DNA of 64,000 bases. Source: Candidatus Hodarchaeota archaeon (GTDB lineage: Archaea > Asgardarchaeota > Heimdallarchaeia > Hodarchaeales > Hodarchaeaceae). The notes under the pieces were generated by a model that saw only the letters and a list, made by a program, of their open reading frames with translations, was not told where the DNA came from and made no database searches. The position numbers and the translations under genes were made by a program. This document shows positions 29,475 through 38,724 of this stretch, one piece after another (the stretch's first letter is position 1; each line of letters starts with the position of its first letter). The stretch spans positions 64,001 to 128,000 of the forward strand of contig JAEOTC010000086.1 of assembly GCA_016840035.1 (NCBI GenBank), given 5' to 3'.

Positions 29475-30407
29475 ATGGGTAATCAATTAGAAGGAAAATC
29501 AATATTAACGCTTTTAGATTTAACACCTGAGGAAATTCGTTTTTTATTAGATGAAGCAAAAGATTTCAAGAAGAATAGAGAGAGATACATTCAATCTCAA
29601 CCTTTAAAGGGAAAAACACTTGGAATGATCTTTCAGAAAAGATCTACAAGGACTCGTGTGTCAACAGAGACAGCTATGGCCGAGTTAGGAGGTCATGCGC
29701 TATTTCTAGGGAAAGACGATATCCAACTAGGCGTGAATGAATCATTATCGGATACTGCTATTGTTCTTGGACGTATGGTTTCTGCTGTTTTAGCACGAGT
29801 TTTTGACCATGAAACTGTAGAAACTCTTGCAAAGCACGCTAATGTTCCAGTTATTAATGCATTGTCTGACCAATTTCATCCTTTGCAAGGTTTGGCTGAT
29901 ATACTAACGATAGAAGAACATTTGGGAAAATTAAATAACGTAAACCTCGCATGGATTGGAGATGGGAACAACGTTTGCCATACTCTCATGATCGCATCAA
30001 TTAAAATGGGAATGAAGATGAGTGTTGGTACACCCATAGACTATATGCCTGACAATAGTGTAATTGAATATTGTAATTCAAATGCTTCATTTTCAGAACA
30101 GATAACCGTTACAAATGATCCAATTGCGGCAGTTACTGACGCGGATGTTGTTGTTACTGATACTTTCATCTCCATGGGACAGGAAACAGAGACAAAAATG
30201 AAATTGAAGAAATTTGACGGATTTCAAGTTAATCAAGACCTAGTAAAACATGCGTCAAAAGATTATATCTTTATGCATTGTCTCCCACGTCATAAAGAAG
30301 AAGTAGCTGACGATATTATCTATGGTGCTCATTCTGTTGTATTCGATGAAGCAGAAAACCGTTTACATACTGTTGCAGCAGTATTAAATAGCATAATCCA
30401 AAAATGA
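29475..30407 (+). CDS. argF: Ornithine carbamoyltransferase
   Basis: STRTR, HPLQ, GDGNN, SMG, HCLP, EAENR. Confidence 0.96.
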   Translation: MGNQLEGKSILTLLDLTPEEIRFLLDEAKDFKKNRERYIQSQPLKGKTLGMIFQKRSTRTRVSTETAMAELGGHALFLGKDDIQLGVNESLSDTAIVLGRMVSAVLARVFDHETVETLAKHANVPVINALSDQFHPLQGLADILTIEEHLGKLNNVNLAWIGDGNNVCHTLMIASIKMGMKMSVGTPIDYMPDNSVIEYCNSNASFSEQITVTNDPIAAVTDADVVVTDTFISMGQETETKMKLKKFDGFQVNQDLVKHASKDYIFMHCLPRHKEEVADDIIYGAHSVVFDEAENRLHTVAAVLNSIIQK

Positions 30408-30510
30408 ATTCCTAACTATCAAAAATCAATTATTAAACGACAGATAATTAAGGGAATTAGTTATCCGAATCGAAGGATGGCTAGTTAAAGTACTAACAGA
30501 GGTTAAATAA

Positions 30511-31014
30511 GTGGTTAATACTCCAATATGCAATTTTTGTGCTAAAACTGGGGTGCTATGTAAGAAGTGTAAGCAGAAACTCCGTAAAAAGAAAATCAAC
30601 CAGCTAGATATAGAAATCTCTAAAGCATTTGCGAAAATTGAGTTACGTTTTGCCAAACAATTGCAAAATGTTACTTTCGAGAGAGCTCATAAGATGAATG
30701 GATCAGTGGTACTTTTAACAAGGAATGGACATGTGCTGATCGAGAATGAGGAAATACTGGACTATTTAGAAAGTGAACTAAGACAACCTATTGAAATAGT
30801 AGAAAGAAAAGGGGATACACGTACTACTTTTGCCCAATTCTTTTCTCCATTAGATATTGTGGAAATTGATCAGATCTTTGTACCACCCGAAGGCGATGTT
30901 GAGCTACGTATTACCTTAAATGGAAATCCAGATGACTTGAGGTTTCCATTAAATCAATTAGAGCAAATTGCAAAGCTAATCTCGAAAAATCCTGTGAGAA
31001 TCGAGATTCAATGA
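30511..31014 (+). CDS. NusA-like KH-domain protein with N-terminal Zn finger
   Basis: PICNFCAKTGVLCKKC N-terminus typical of archaeal NusA-like proteins. Confidence 0.75.
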   Translation: MVNTPICNFCAKTGVLCKKCKQKLRKKKINQLDIEISKAFAKIELRFAKQLQNVTFERAHKMNGSVVLLTRNGHVLIENEEILDYLESELRQPIEIVERKGDTRTTFAQFFSPLDIVEIDQIFVPPEGDVELRITLNGNPDDLRFPLNQLEQIAKLISKNPVRIEIQ

Positions 31015-31087
31015 AAGAATAAAACTTCAAACTCGTTTACCAGCAGTTAATAACGCACACCAGTGATATTATTCTCCAAAGTACAGA

Positions 31088-31675
31088 TTACAGGAAGAAT
31101 AAAAAATCAGCAAGAGAAAAACCTATCATCTGTAAGAAACCTTGAATAAAACAAATAACTCCAATTGTTACCGAAATTATAGGGCTGGAGAGAAGTTCCG
31201 CGATGAGGAGATATAGATCCTCAATCATTCGGATTGATCCGTAAATAAGGAGAAATATTATGATAAAAACTCCTGCCATAATTTTAATCTGATTTGCTCC
31301 CAAAAAAACAAGAACTGCCGCACCGAGAAGGCCTAATGCCAATGATAGAAATGTCCCAAATCTAAAATTCTTGATTGGTCTCAAAATAAGGACAAGACCT
31401 AAAACTCCCAAACAGATTAGAGTCACTATATCAAAAGATGAGGGTAAACCTATTGGTTGATAATTAAGGTAAAATGCACTTCCTATCATTAGAAATGAGA
31501 TAATTCCGACGGGAAATCCTAGGAGAGCAACCTTTTCAGTGAGTGAAACTATTTCCTCAGAATCAGAAACTGAAGATAATCGAATCAATAACCATGAAGC
31601 GGCCACACAACCTCCCACTATTAGGAGGAGAAAATTCAAATCCACCAATAGGAATAATCCATCATCAAGTGCCAA
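31088..31675 (-). CDS. Hypothetical membrane protein (~6 TM)
   Basis: Almost entirely hydrophobic. Confidence 0.7.
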   Translation of the reverse strand: MALDDGLFLLVDLNFLLLIVGGCVAASWLLIRLSSVSDSEEIVSLTEKVALLGFPVGIISFLMIGSAFYLNYQPIGLPSSFDIVTLICLGVLGLVLILRPIKNFRFGTFLSLALGLLGAAVLVFLGANQIKIMAGVFIIIFLLIYGSIRMIEDLYLLIAELLSSPIISVTIGVICFIQGFLQMIGFSLADFLFFL

Positions 31676-31869
31676 AATTAATATTCTCCTTTGACCTAGA
31701 AGACTAGTTTTTTTGTCTTTGATCTGCTTAAAAATCCTTATACTTATAAAATTGCTGATTGGAGTACAAAAGAAAGCAAAGTCCTCCTTTTCTTAAACTC
31801 TCCTTCATGATTTCAAATTTAAATCAACTCTGATCCCTAATTTTTATCCCCAATCGACATTTCCTTAAT

Positions 31870-33087
31870 TTAGATTGGTTGCCATCCCACAAATATAAAG
31901 GAAAGAGCGAGATTTAAGAGTAAAACAAATAAGGCGAAATATTTTATCTTTGAATGTAGAGCTTTGTTGTTCTCTCCAAGAAAGAATGCAAGTAACTTAT
32001 CACCATCTAGGAATGGAACTGGTAATAAATTCATTAATGCCAACATTAAGTTTAATCCTGCAGTAAAGGACATAGTATTCAGTATCCAATACGGGAGTAA
32101 TCTTATAAATAAAAGATTGGATAGAAACTTTGGTTCATGATAATTTTGAGTGTATATTCCAACATAACCAGTGTTATTATCTAAGTTACTTCCTGTAAAA
32201 TCCGATTTATTTGCCGTTCGAAGAGTTATCGGATCTATATTGCCAGAAAAATGAAATGTCAGAGTTTGATTGATATAAACTGTAGTTTTTACGAAATAGG
32301 AGAATTCTGAAGCAGATTTTAGTGACCAGTATCTTTCACTCCCATATAAATCCCCCTGTATTCCTATAATCACATACCCAGCACGAATACCTTCTAACCG
32401 TGCGGGTGTTCCTGGGGAAGTATCTACAACAAGTACACCATTTGAATCTGGATTGTAAAATAGTGAATGAAAGAATGGAAATCCTATTGGTGCAACTAAG
32501 AGGAGAATCAAAATAAAAACCGTCATATTGGCTAACCCTCCAGCAGCCATAATTCTCATCTTTGATCTCCTTGAAGCTTCTTCTATGTCCTTTTCCTCGG
32601 GTTCAACAAAGGCTCCAAAAAAGAAAATAAAAATAAAAATACCTGTACTTTTTAATGAGACTTTTTCATTTATTGCAGCAATTCCATGGGCAAATTCGTG
32701 AACAACTGCACCAATCATAATTGCCACAATTACGTAGGGTAAAACTCCGAATGATACCGTTACTCCAGGGATTACAGGTGTTACGGGGATAGGAGCTACA
32801 TCACTTGATTTAGGTAGGAAAAATGAAACAATATTTATTGAGAAAACTATTAGCCCTGTGAATAGAATACCAAGGCCTGATATTACCCCAATATCCCAAA
32901 TAAGCTTCCAAATGTTCTTTCCACGTCCCCCAATTTTAGAAATTATATCATTAAGCCTCGTTGTGTGATAAAATAGAGTTCCCAAACCAATCCTTGGATT
33001 TGAGACACTAAACCATTCTATTCTTGAAATACCTGATAAAACAATCCAAACGAAAGCAGTTAGGAGGAGGAAGATCAGCGCGTCCAT
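31870..33087 (-). CDS. Site-2 protease (M50) with PDZ-like insert
   Basis: HEFAH, GAFVEP, AAGGLAN, NLLPVPFLDG. Confidence 0.93.
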   Translation of the reverse strand: MDALIFLLLTAFVWIVLSGISRIEWFSVSNPRIGLGTLFYHTTRLNDIISKIGGRGKNIWKLIWDIGVISGLGILFTGLIVFSINIVSFFLPKSSDVAPIPVTPVIPGVTVSFGVLPYVIVAIMIGAVVHEFAHGIAAINEKVSLKSTGIFIFIFFFGAFVEPEEKDIEEASRRSKMRIMAAGGLANMTVFILILLLVAPIGFPFFHSLFYNPDSNGVLVVDTSPGTPARLEGIRAGYVIIGIQGDLYGSERYWSLKSASEFSYFVKTTVYINQTLTFHFSGNIDPITLRTANKSDFTGSNLDNNTGYVGIYTQNYHEPKFLSNLLFIRLLPYWILNTMSFTAGLNLMLALMNLLPVPFLDGDKLLAFFLGENNKALHSKIKYFALFVLLLNLALSFIFVGWQPI

Positions 33088-33217
33088 AGTAGTCCCCGAA
33101 AAGTATTTAATCTTATTAGATGTTAATGTTCTCTCATTGTGTCAGTTTTCGTCTCTAATTGTGTATTAATCATATTCAGTATTTGTTTTTTTAGGTATGA
33201 ATCTAAATCTTCGAAAC

Positions 33218-34324
33218 CTAATTTTGGTCCCAACTTATAGTGTAGCGAAGAAGAGCGATGATACCTCCAAAAGTCTTCAGTTGGGTTGCTGAATCGCTTT
33301 GAGATGAAATAATTACGATTTTTCCCTTCGTTTGCTCGATAATTTTCAACAGTTTTTGTATCTCTGAAATAGGGGCCTGATTGCTTCCATGAAGATAATG
33401 ATCAATCATTAAAAGTGTTTCAACGACTCCTGTTTCAGCAATTTGCTTAATATGGGTGTAACCATAAGCAATGTCTCCCGATCCTTTGCTGATTCTTTGT
33501 AAAAATTCCTCAATATCTCTTTGCTCCTCAATTATCTGGAAATCTTTTGCTAATTTATCTAGAGCTTCTGATTTCATGAGCTCAAATAATCCGATTCGAT
33601 TTCCCCCACTAGATGAACTCCCAATGACCACATTGAGATTTTCTTTAGGAAATGCATCCCTTAAATATTCAGATAACCGTTCTTTTGCGAATCCTGGTCC
33701 TCCAATGAGTAAATTTTTCGTTTCTGGTAACACACTACGTTGGACAAGCTGTGCAATATTTTCAAAGAATGCGCTGGATTGTTCTTTACGTACTTTTGCC
33801 TTAGAGTGTTTTCTACTAATCCCAGATTTTTCTTGGAATATAACATTTAACTGATAATTATCTAAGATGCCAATACATACTTCATTATTATCTACGGTGA
33901 GTAACCCGATTTTCGGTTTAATTGATGCTTTTTCAGCATCTTTCAAAATTTTCAGGTAATATTTCGACCATTCAGCTTTAAAAACAGTTATTGTATCAGA
34001 TATTCCAATATTTAGTGTATGATATGAGCCAATTGAAACATGTTGCTCGGGACCTTGAAAGATTTTACCTTTTACTCGTAATCGATTGCTAGCAACGCTT
34101 TCCTGAAATTTTTGTCCTTCTACATCTACTCCAATAACCATGGTAACCCTTTGACTTTCTTCTCCAGATCTACCCTCGGTTCCAGACCTTCTGATCCGAC
34201 GAGAAGTCTTTGCAATGACTCTATCCCCATTAACAATTATTGTTGACAAAATGTACAAATCAGTTGGTGATTCTGCTCGTAGAATTACTTGATTTGTCCG
34301 TAAGTCAGATTTTATTATACGCAT
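33218..34324 (-). CDS. pelA: Pelota/Dom34 mRNA surveillance protein
   Basis: DLYIL...GDRV.AKTSR, RLRVKG, GSYHTLNI, GPGFAK, AYG, L..FGGIIALLRY. Confidence 0.95.
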   Translation of the reverse strand: MRIIKSDLRTNQVILRAESPTDLYILSTIIVNGDRVIAKTSRRIRRSGTEGRSGEESQRVTMVIGVDVEGQKFQESVASNRLRVKGKIFQGPEQHVSIGSYHTLNIGISDTITVFKAEWSKYYLKILKDAEKASIKPKIGLLTVDNNEVCIGILDNYQLNVIFQEKSGISRKHSKAKVRKEQSSAFFENIAQLVQRSVLPETKNLLIGGPGFAKERLSEYLRDAFPKENLNVVIGSSSSGGNRIGLFELMKSEALDKLAKDFQIIEEQRDIEEFLQRISKGSGDIAYGYTHIKQIAETGVVETLLMIDHYLHGSNQAPISEIQKLLKIIEQTKGKIVIISSQSDSATQLKTFGGIIALLRYTISWDQN

Positions 34325-34363
34325 TTGGAGAAACGCCTTCTAGGGCATGTAGTTGTTCGTTAT

Positions 34364-34720
34364 TTAATATAACTTTAGTGTAGAAGTGATTTTTTCGACC
34401 TCAAGTTGATTGTGGGGTCCTACTCCAATTGCTGTTGTAGTACCTGGAGGTAGTTGGGTTCTTCCAGCATCATTAATTTTGCTTACAAATACTCCTTGTC
34501 TCCTTATTCGTGCCTCGATTTCTTCAAGTTGAGCTTCAGAATCGACCGCAAGGACTACCTTCATCTGACCCCCATTCCACCACTGATTAAAGAGAGTAGG
34601 ATTTTGTCTCATTATTTTAATTGCGGCACTGACTGCTGCATGTGAAGCTTGTGCCGCTGCTTTCCCCTTGGACATTTTAAGGTCTTTTCTCAGAATGAGG
34701 ATTTGCTTGAGTTCTACCAT
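34364..34720 (-). CDS. pth2: Peptidyl-tRNA hydrolase Pth2
   Basis: RKDLKMSKGKAAAQASHA, DAGRTQLPPGTTT..GVGP. Confidence 0.96.
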   Translation of the reverse strand: MVELKQILILRKDLKMSKGKAAAQASHAAVSAAIKIMRQNPTLFNQWWNGGQMKVVLAVDSEAQLEEIEARIRRQGVFVSKINDAGRTQLPPGTTTAIGVGPHNQLEVEKITSTLKLY

Positions 34721-34805
34721 TCTTTTTTCCTCCAGTTCTCAACTATTGCATTGGAAATAATTTTGTAGGACCTAAGAGATACCCTTCAATAAATATTCGG
34801 AGGAA

Positions 34806-34900
34806 TACTCCTCAGTGAGGTACATGGACATCATTAACAGGTTCAAGTGGTGTCCGATTATGAACCCATCATCAGTATAGGTCAGTATCATCATTCTGGT
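34806..34900 (-). ncRNA. Dual-guide C/D box RNA predicted to target 16S rRNA helix 34 (both strands)
   Basis: C ATGATGA (34894-88), guide TACTGACCTATA, D' CTGA (34875-72), hairpin GGGTTCA/TGAACCT, C' ATGATGT, guide CCATGTACCTCA, D CTGA (34815-12); guides complement conserved archaeal 16S UAGGUCAGUAU and GAGGUGCAUGG. Confidence 0.9.
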
Positions 34901-35076
34901 GATTATAGTCAAGTTTGCATCAATTAAGGCAAGTGATCTAAATATCACCATGTTATACTGAAGGATATCTCAAATATTGCTAATAAGAGGTTGTTTTTGG
35001 AGGTGATTTAATTCTTTAGAATTATTTGGAGATGAATCCAACTTGATTAAATTTCTTTAAAAAATAGATCCAGTCG

Positions 35077-35595
35077 CTAGGCAACTAGTTCTTCGCCCTT
35101 GGTAATTCTTATCCTGCATGGAGTGGGGAATTTTGCTTTTCCACGGCGAAGGGCATCTTTAGCCATTTCTAGATTTTCAAGATTAGTACGTACAAATAAT
35201 AATCTATCCTCTTCATATACACGGGCAGCTACACTAATTACTTTGCCAAAAGCTTTTCGCATTCCATTTTGAATACGATCTGCTCCTGCACCAGTCATCA
35301 TCTTATTTTCTCGAATACGATGATGAGGGTAAACACAAATTCGATAATGATAATTTTCTCGACCAAGATTTCGTGTTAAGAATCGATTCACGTGTATCCT
35401 GGCTGCTTCTAATGCGTTGTGTGAGATTTGACATCGTTCTTTAGCAATTAAAGACACTTCTATAGGAAAATCTGTACCTGGAGAACCTAGATCAAAAGTA
35501 CGAATTTTAGGGTCAGGTCCACCTTTTATGAATTTTTTGCGCGTAAAGGGTGGGCGGTCAATACGAGTATAGCAGTGAGCTGGTCTTTTTCCCAT
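35077..35595 (-). CDS. rpl10e: 50S ribosomal protein uL16 (L10e)
   Basis: RPAHCY, ALEAARI, RENKMMTGAGADRIQNGMRKAFGK. Confidence 0.97.
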   Translation of the reverse strand: MGKRPAHCYTRIDRPPFTRKKFIKGGPDPKIRTFDLGSPGTDFPIEVSLIAKERCQISHNALEAARIHVNRFLTRNLGRENYHYRICVYPHHRIRENKMMTGAGADRIQNGMRKAFGKVISVAARVYEEDRLLFVRTNLENLEMAKDALRRGKAKFPTPCRIRITKGEELVA

Positions 35596-35774
35596 GAGTA
35601 TTCAACTTTGTAAGTTTAATGAAGCTGGAGCGAATTTCTATGTTATTAAATAACAAAGAACGTCGTCAGATCCTTATTTGAGCAATATTTAAGGGAGAAT
35701 TTTAAATCTACTTCAAGTTGAGTTCCTAAATAAGGAAAAATCTTCTTTAAAAAAAAGACTTTCTAAGTTTTTCT

Positions 35775-35993
35775 ATGGTAGAAATTCCGAATTCGGCAGT
35801 AGATAGAATAATCAGAAAAAGTGGGGCAACAAGAGTTTCAAAATCAGCAATACAAATCCTTCAAAAAGAATTGGAGGAGTATGGAGTGAAACTTGCCACT
35901 CTTGGCATAGAAATCGCATCACATGCGGGTAAGAAAACAATTGAAGGTGAGGATATCACACTCGCAATACACAAAGTGAAATTTTTACTCTAA
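35775..35993 (+). CDS. Archaeal histone (no tail)
   Basis: IP...VDRIIRKSGATRVSKSA...HAGKKTIEGEDI. Confidence 0.92.
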   Translation: MVEIPNSAVDRIIRKSGATRVSKSAIQILQKELEEYGVKLATLGIEIASHAGKKTIEGEDITLAIHKVKFLL

Positions 35994-36407
35994 TAAACCC
36001 ACGAAAACGCAAGTACTGAACCCATAAATTAAAAAAATTGGATGATGGAGGGATTTACTGTAAGTATTAGGAATTAAATTAGATCCTTTGATTTAGTTCA
36101 CAAAATAATGATAATAACAAAGGATATATTTCAAAACACTCAAAAAAAGTGGATAATTCAAACTACAAACTTCCCTTAAGAATAAACAGGTGTCAGTAAT
36201 CAAGAAGACACCGAGAAACAGGGAAAATATACCGATGTTTACAAGAACATCATTAAACTGCGCTTGAAACCGCATTTCATGATTATTACCTAACTAATTA
36301 ACACTAATCATTTCACAACCTAGTGGAACTTAAATACAGATGTTACTCGAACTTTCGTAATAGGAGTGGGTGTTGTTTCATCGTAGGAATTTGGAGATGA
36401 AACTTCA

Positions 36408-37652
36408 ATGGCAAATGAAGAAGATATCGATACTAGTACTGTAAAATACTTAATTCACGAAAAATTTTCGATCAACGGAGTAGCAGAGCGCTCTGATATA
36501 ATTGGGGCATTATTTGGTCAGACTGAAGGCTTGATTGGCGAAGGACTTGATCTACGTGAATTGCAGAAAACATCAAGAATTGGTAGAATTGCTGTAAAGC
36601 TACAATATCAAAAAAGACAAAGAAAAACGACCGGAACGTTAATTATTCCCTCATCACTTGACCGTGTTGAAACTGCACTATTAGCAGCCGCTTTAGAAAC
36701 AGTTGATAGAGTTGGTCCTTGTGTTGGGAAAATCAATCTTTTAAAGATTGAGGATGTAAGAGAAAGCAAACGTCGACAAATAGTTCAACGTGCTTCTCGA
36801 ATTTTGAAAACATGGGATCACGAAGTAGCACCCGACTCTGTATCAGTTCTCGATGAAGTTTTGAAGGAAGCACGAATTAGCATAATCCAAAAATTCGGAA
36901 AAGCAGCATTACCTGCAGGACCTGGAGTGTTGGATAGTGATAATTTAATCATTGTGGAAGGACGTGCTGACGTAATAAACTTATTGAAACATGGCTTTAG
37001 AAATGTTATATCTGTTCAAGGAACCGATGTTCCACCTGAAGTCGTCGACTTAACAAGGAAAAAGGTTACAACAGCGTTTTTAGACGGAGATCATGGAGGT
37101 GATCTTATCTTACGAGAATTAATTCATCTTGCTGATCTTGATTACGTTGCTAGAGCTCCTGCAAATTTAGAGGTGGAAGAATTATCAAGTAAAGAGATAT
37201 TGAAAGCTCTTCGTACAAAAATTCCGATCGAACAAATCATGAAAGAGCTAAATATTACTCCAGAAGATGATGATGAATTTCCTGAAACGACTGAAACAGA
37301 TACTGATCTTGTGGCAAAAGAAATCCCTATAGTTGTTAGACGTGATCCTGAACGTACAAGTTCAGCAAAAATGCCTGCAGAATTTCTCAAAGTTGTGGAA
37401 ACTCTTCCAGAACAACAAGCAACCCTATTTGATAAAGATTTTTCGATTATTGAGGAAAATATTCCTATTAGTGATCTTCGTGATAAAATTCTGAATACAG
37501 AAAATATTGCAACGGTAATTTTTGATGGAATAATCACCCAGAGACTCTTGGATATTGCCTCAAATCGGGGAGTTGAAAATCTAGTGGGCGCTCGTCAACA
37601 TGATATAACAAAGATCCCCCTGAATTTAAAAATCTATACCGCTTCGGATTAG
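36408..37652 (+). CDS. dnaG: Archaeal DnaG (TOPRIM; exosome-associated)
   Basis: GALFGQTEGL, LRELQKTSRIGRI, IVEGRADV, FLDGDHGG, FDGIITQRL. Confidence 0.96.
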   Translation: MANEEDIDTSTVKYLIHEKFSINGVAERSDIIGALFGQTEGLIGEGLDLRELQKTSRIGRIAVKLQYQKRQRKTTGTLIIPSSLDRVETALLAAALETVDRVGPCVGKINLLKIEDVRESKRRQIVQRASRILKTWDHEVAPDSVSVLDEVLKEARISIIQKFGKAALPAGPGVLDSDNLIIVEGRADVINLLKHGFRNVISVQGTDVPPEVVDLTRKKVTTAFLDGDHGGDLILRELIHLADLDYVARAPANLEVEELSSKEILKALRTKIPIEQIMKELNITPEDDDEFPETTETDTDLVAKEIPIVVRRDPERTSSAKMPAEFLKVVETLPEQQATLFDKDFSIIEENIPISDLRDKILNTENIATVIFDGIITQRLLDIASNRGVENLVGARQHDITKIPLNLKIYTASD

Positions 37653-37725
37653 AAAGGATTTTTATCAATTCTTTCCTTTTTTTTCTTTTCAAACTAATAA
37701 AAGACTCTTTCTTGAATTATATAAT

Positions 37726-37995
37726 GGATCTGTCGCCCCTAACACTAACTCTGCGACCACACTTACGGGAAGATCCCTCATTCAGTCTAGTTCTCTTATG
37801 CAGGGCCTTTATGATCCTTACACCTGTCGCTTAGGAGGGTTAACCCTATCGCTCATTGTTGGGTGACACACCCATCCTCATGCGAGAGCCCGTCTCCTAA
37901 TTCATATGGTAGTAATTGCTCAGGATATCTCTACTCATTTGCACTCCGAATCATCTTTACTCATCGTGTCCTCGAGAATAGAATTTATTCCATCC
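37726..37995. ncRNA. Candidate structured non-coding RNA of unknown class
   Basis: GC-enriched intergenic block with stems GGATCT/AGATCC, GTCGC/GCGAC, TTAGGAG/CTCCTAA, TGGGTG/CACCCA, AGGATAT/GTGTCCT; no credible ORF. Confidence 0.55.
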
Positions 37996-38091
37996 TTGCA
38001 TTTAGTATTTGGGATATTCAAATAAATAACATTTTCCACGTACAATTATATCGTGGTAATGCAAGAAGAAGTAGTATTCAGTGATTGAAAC

Positions 38092-38556
38092 TTGGTTAAA
38101 TATGAAAAATTAGGTTTAGGTGGAACTTTCGACCGTCTACACTGTGGACATAAATTAATTTTAGATATTGCATCTTACTATTCAAAATTTATCCAGATTG
38201 GGCTAATTAGTGAAAATTATTTGCGAAATAGTCCTAAGAAACTAAACGAATTCATCGAAAGTTTTGATAAACGTCAGATGGCTCTCATTGAATACCTGAA
38301 AAATCGGAATAGTGAGTGTTCCATTGTAAAAATTGATTCTCCAGGGATGGACAAACAAATAGCAAGCGAATCTGATTTAGCTGTTCTATTAGTCTCCCCA
38401 GAAACTTATTTAGGAGCATTAGTGATTAATTCTAAAAGAAAATTACTGAATAAATCTCCACTAACTATCATTCTTTCCACTCTTGCTACTTCTGAAGAAG
38501 GAAGTAAGATGAGTAGTACAAGAATCCGCGAGACTCTTTTTGAAAACACAGAGTGA
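38092..38556 (+). CDS. coaD: Phosphopantetheine adenylyltransferase (archaeal/eukaryotic type)
   Basis: GGTFDRLHCGH, LVSPET, INSKR, KMSSTRIR. Confidence 0.92.
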   Translation: MVKYEKLGLGGTFDRLHCGHKLILDIASYYSKFIQIGLISENYLRNSPKKLNEFIESFDKRQMALIEYLKNRNSECSIVKIDSPGMDKQIASESDLAVLLVSPETYLGALVINSKRKLLNKSPLTIILSTLATSEEGSKMSSTRIRETLFENTE

Positions 38557-38571
38557 ATTATGGATAAAAGT

Positions 38572-38664
38572 GAAAGGATCCTCTATACTCAAGATCATCA
38601 TCATTTAGGGATACTCTAAGAAGTACTCCTTATCGGTAGGGCTAGAGACATCATGGGATCCTTC
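38572..38664 (-). ncRNA. C/D box guide RNA with long terminal stem and internal hairpin; D guide matches tRNA-Leu(CAA) C34
   Basis: Stem GAAGGATCC/GGATCCTTT; ATGATGT, guide CTCTAGCCCTA, CCGA, hairpin, ATGATGA, guide TGATCTTGAGTA, TAGA. Confidence 0.78.
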
Positions 38665-38724
38665 CGATTTTTAGTTAGCACTTGGAATTTATAATTCTTG
38701 TTGTTTTAAGTTAAAATAGGATTT

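Noticed and set aside
36093-36275. 60-aa minus-strand ORF between the histone and dnaG
   Set aside because: No motif or other support; cannot be distinguished from chance
37726-37995. Considered SRP RNA, RNase P RNA, 5S rRNA, group I/II intron or the 73-aa ORF 37863-38084
   Set aside because: No SRP helix-8 motif, no RNase P CR-I/CR-V, no intron core motifs; the ORF looks non-coding. Kept only as an unclassified ncRNA
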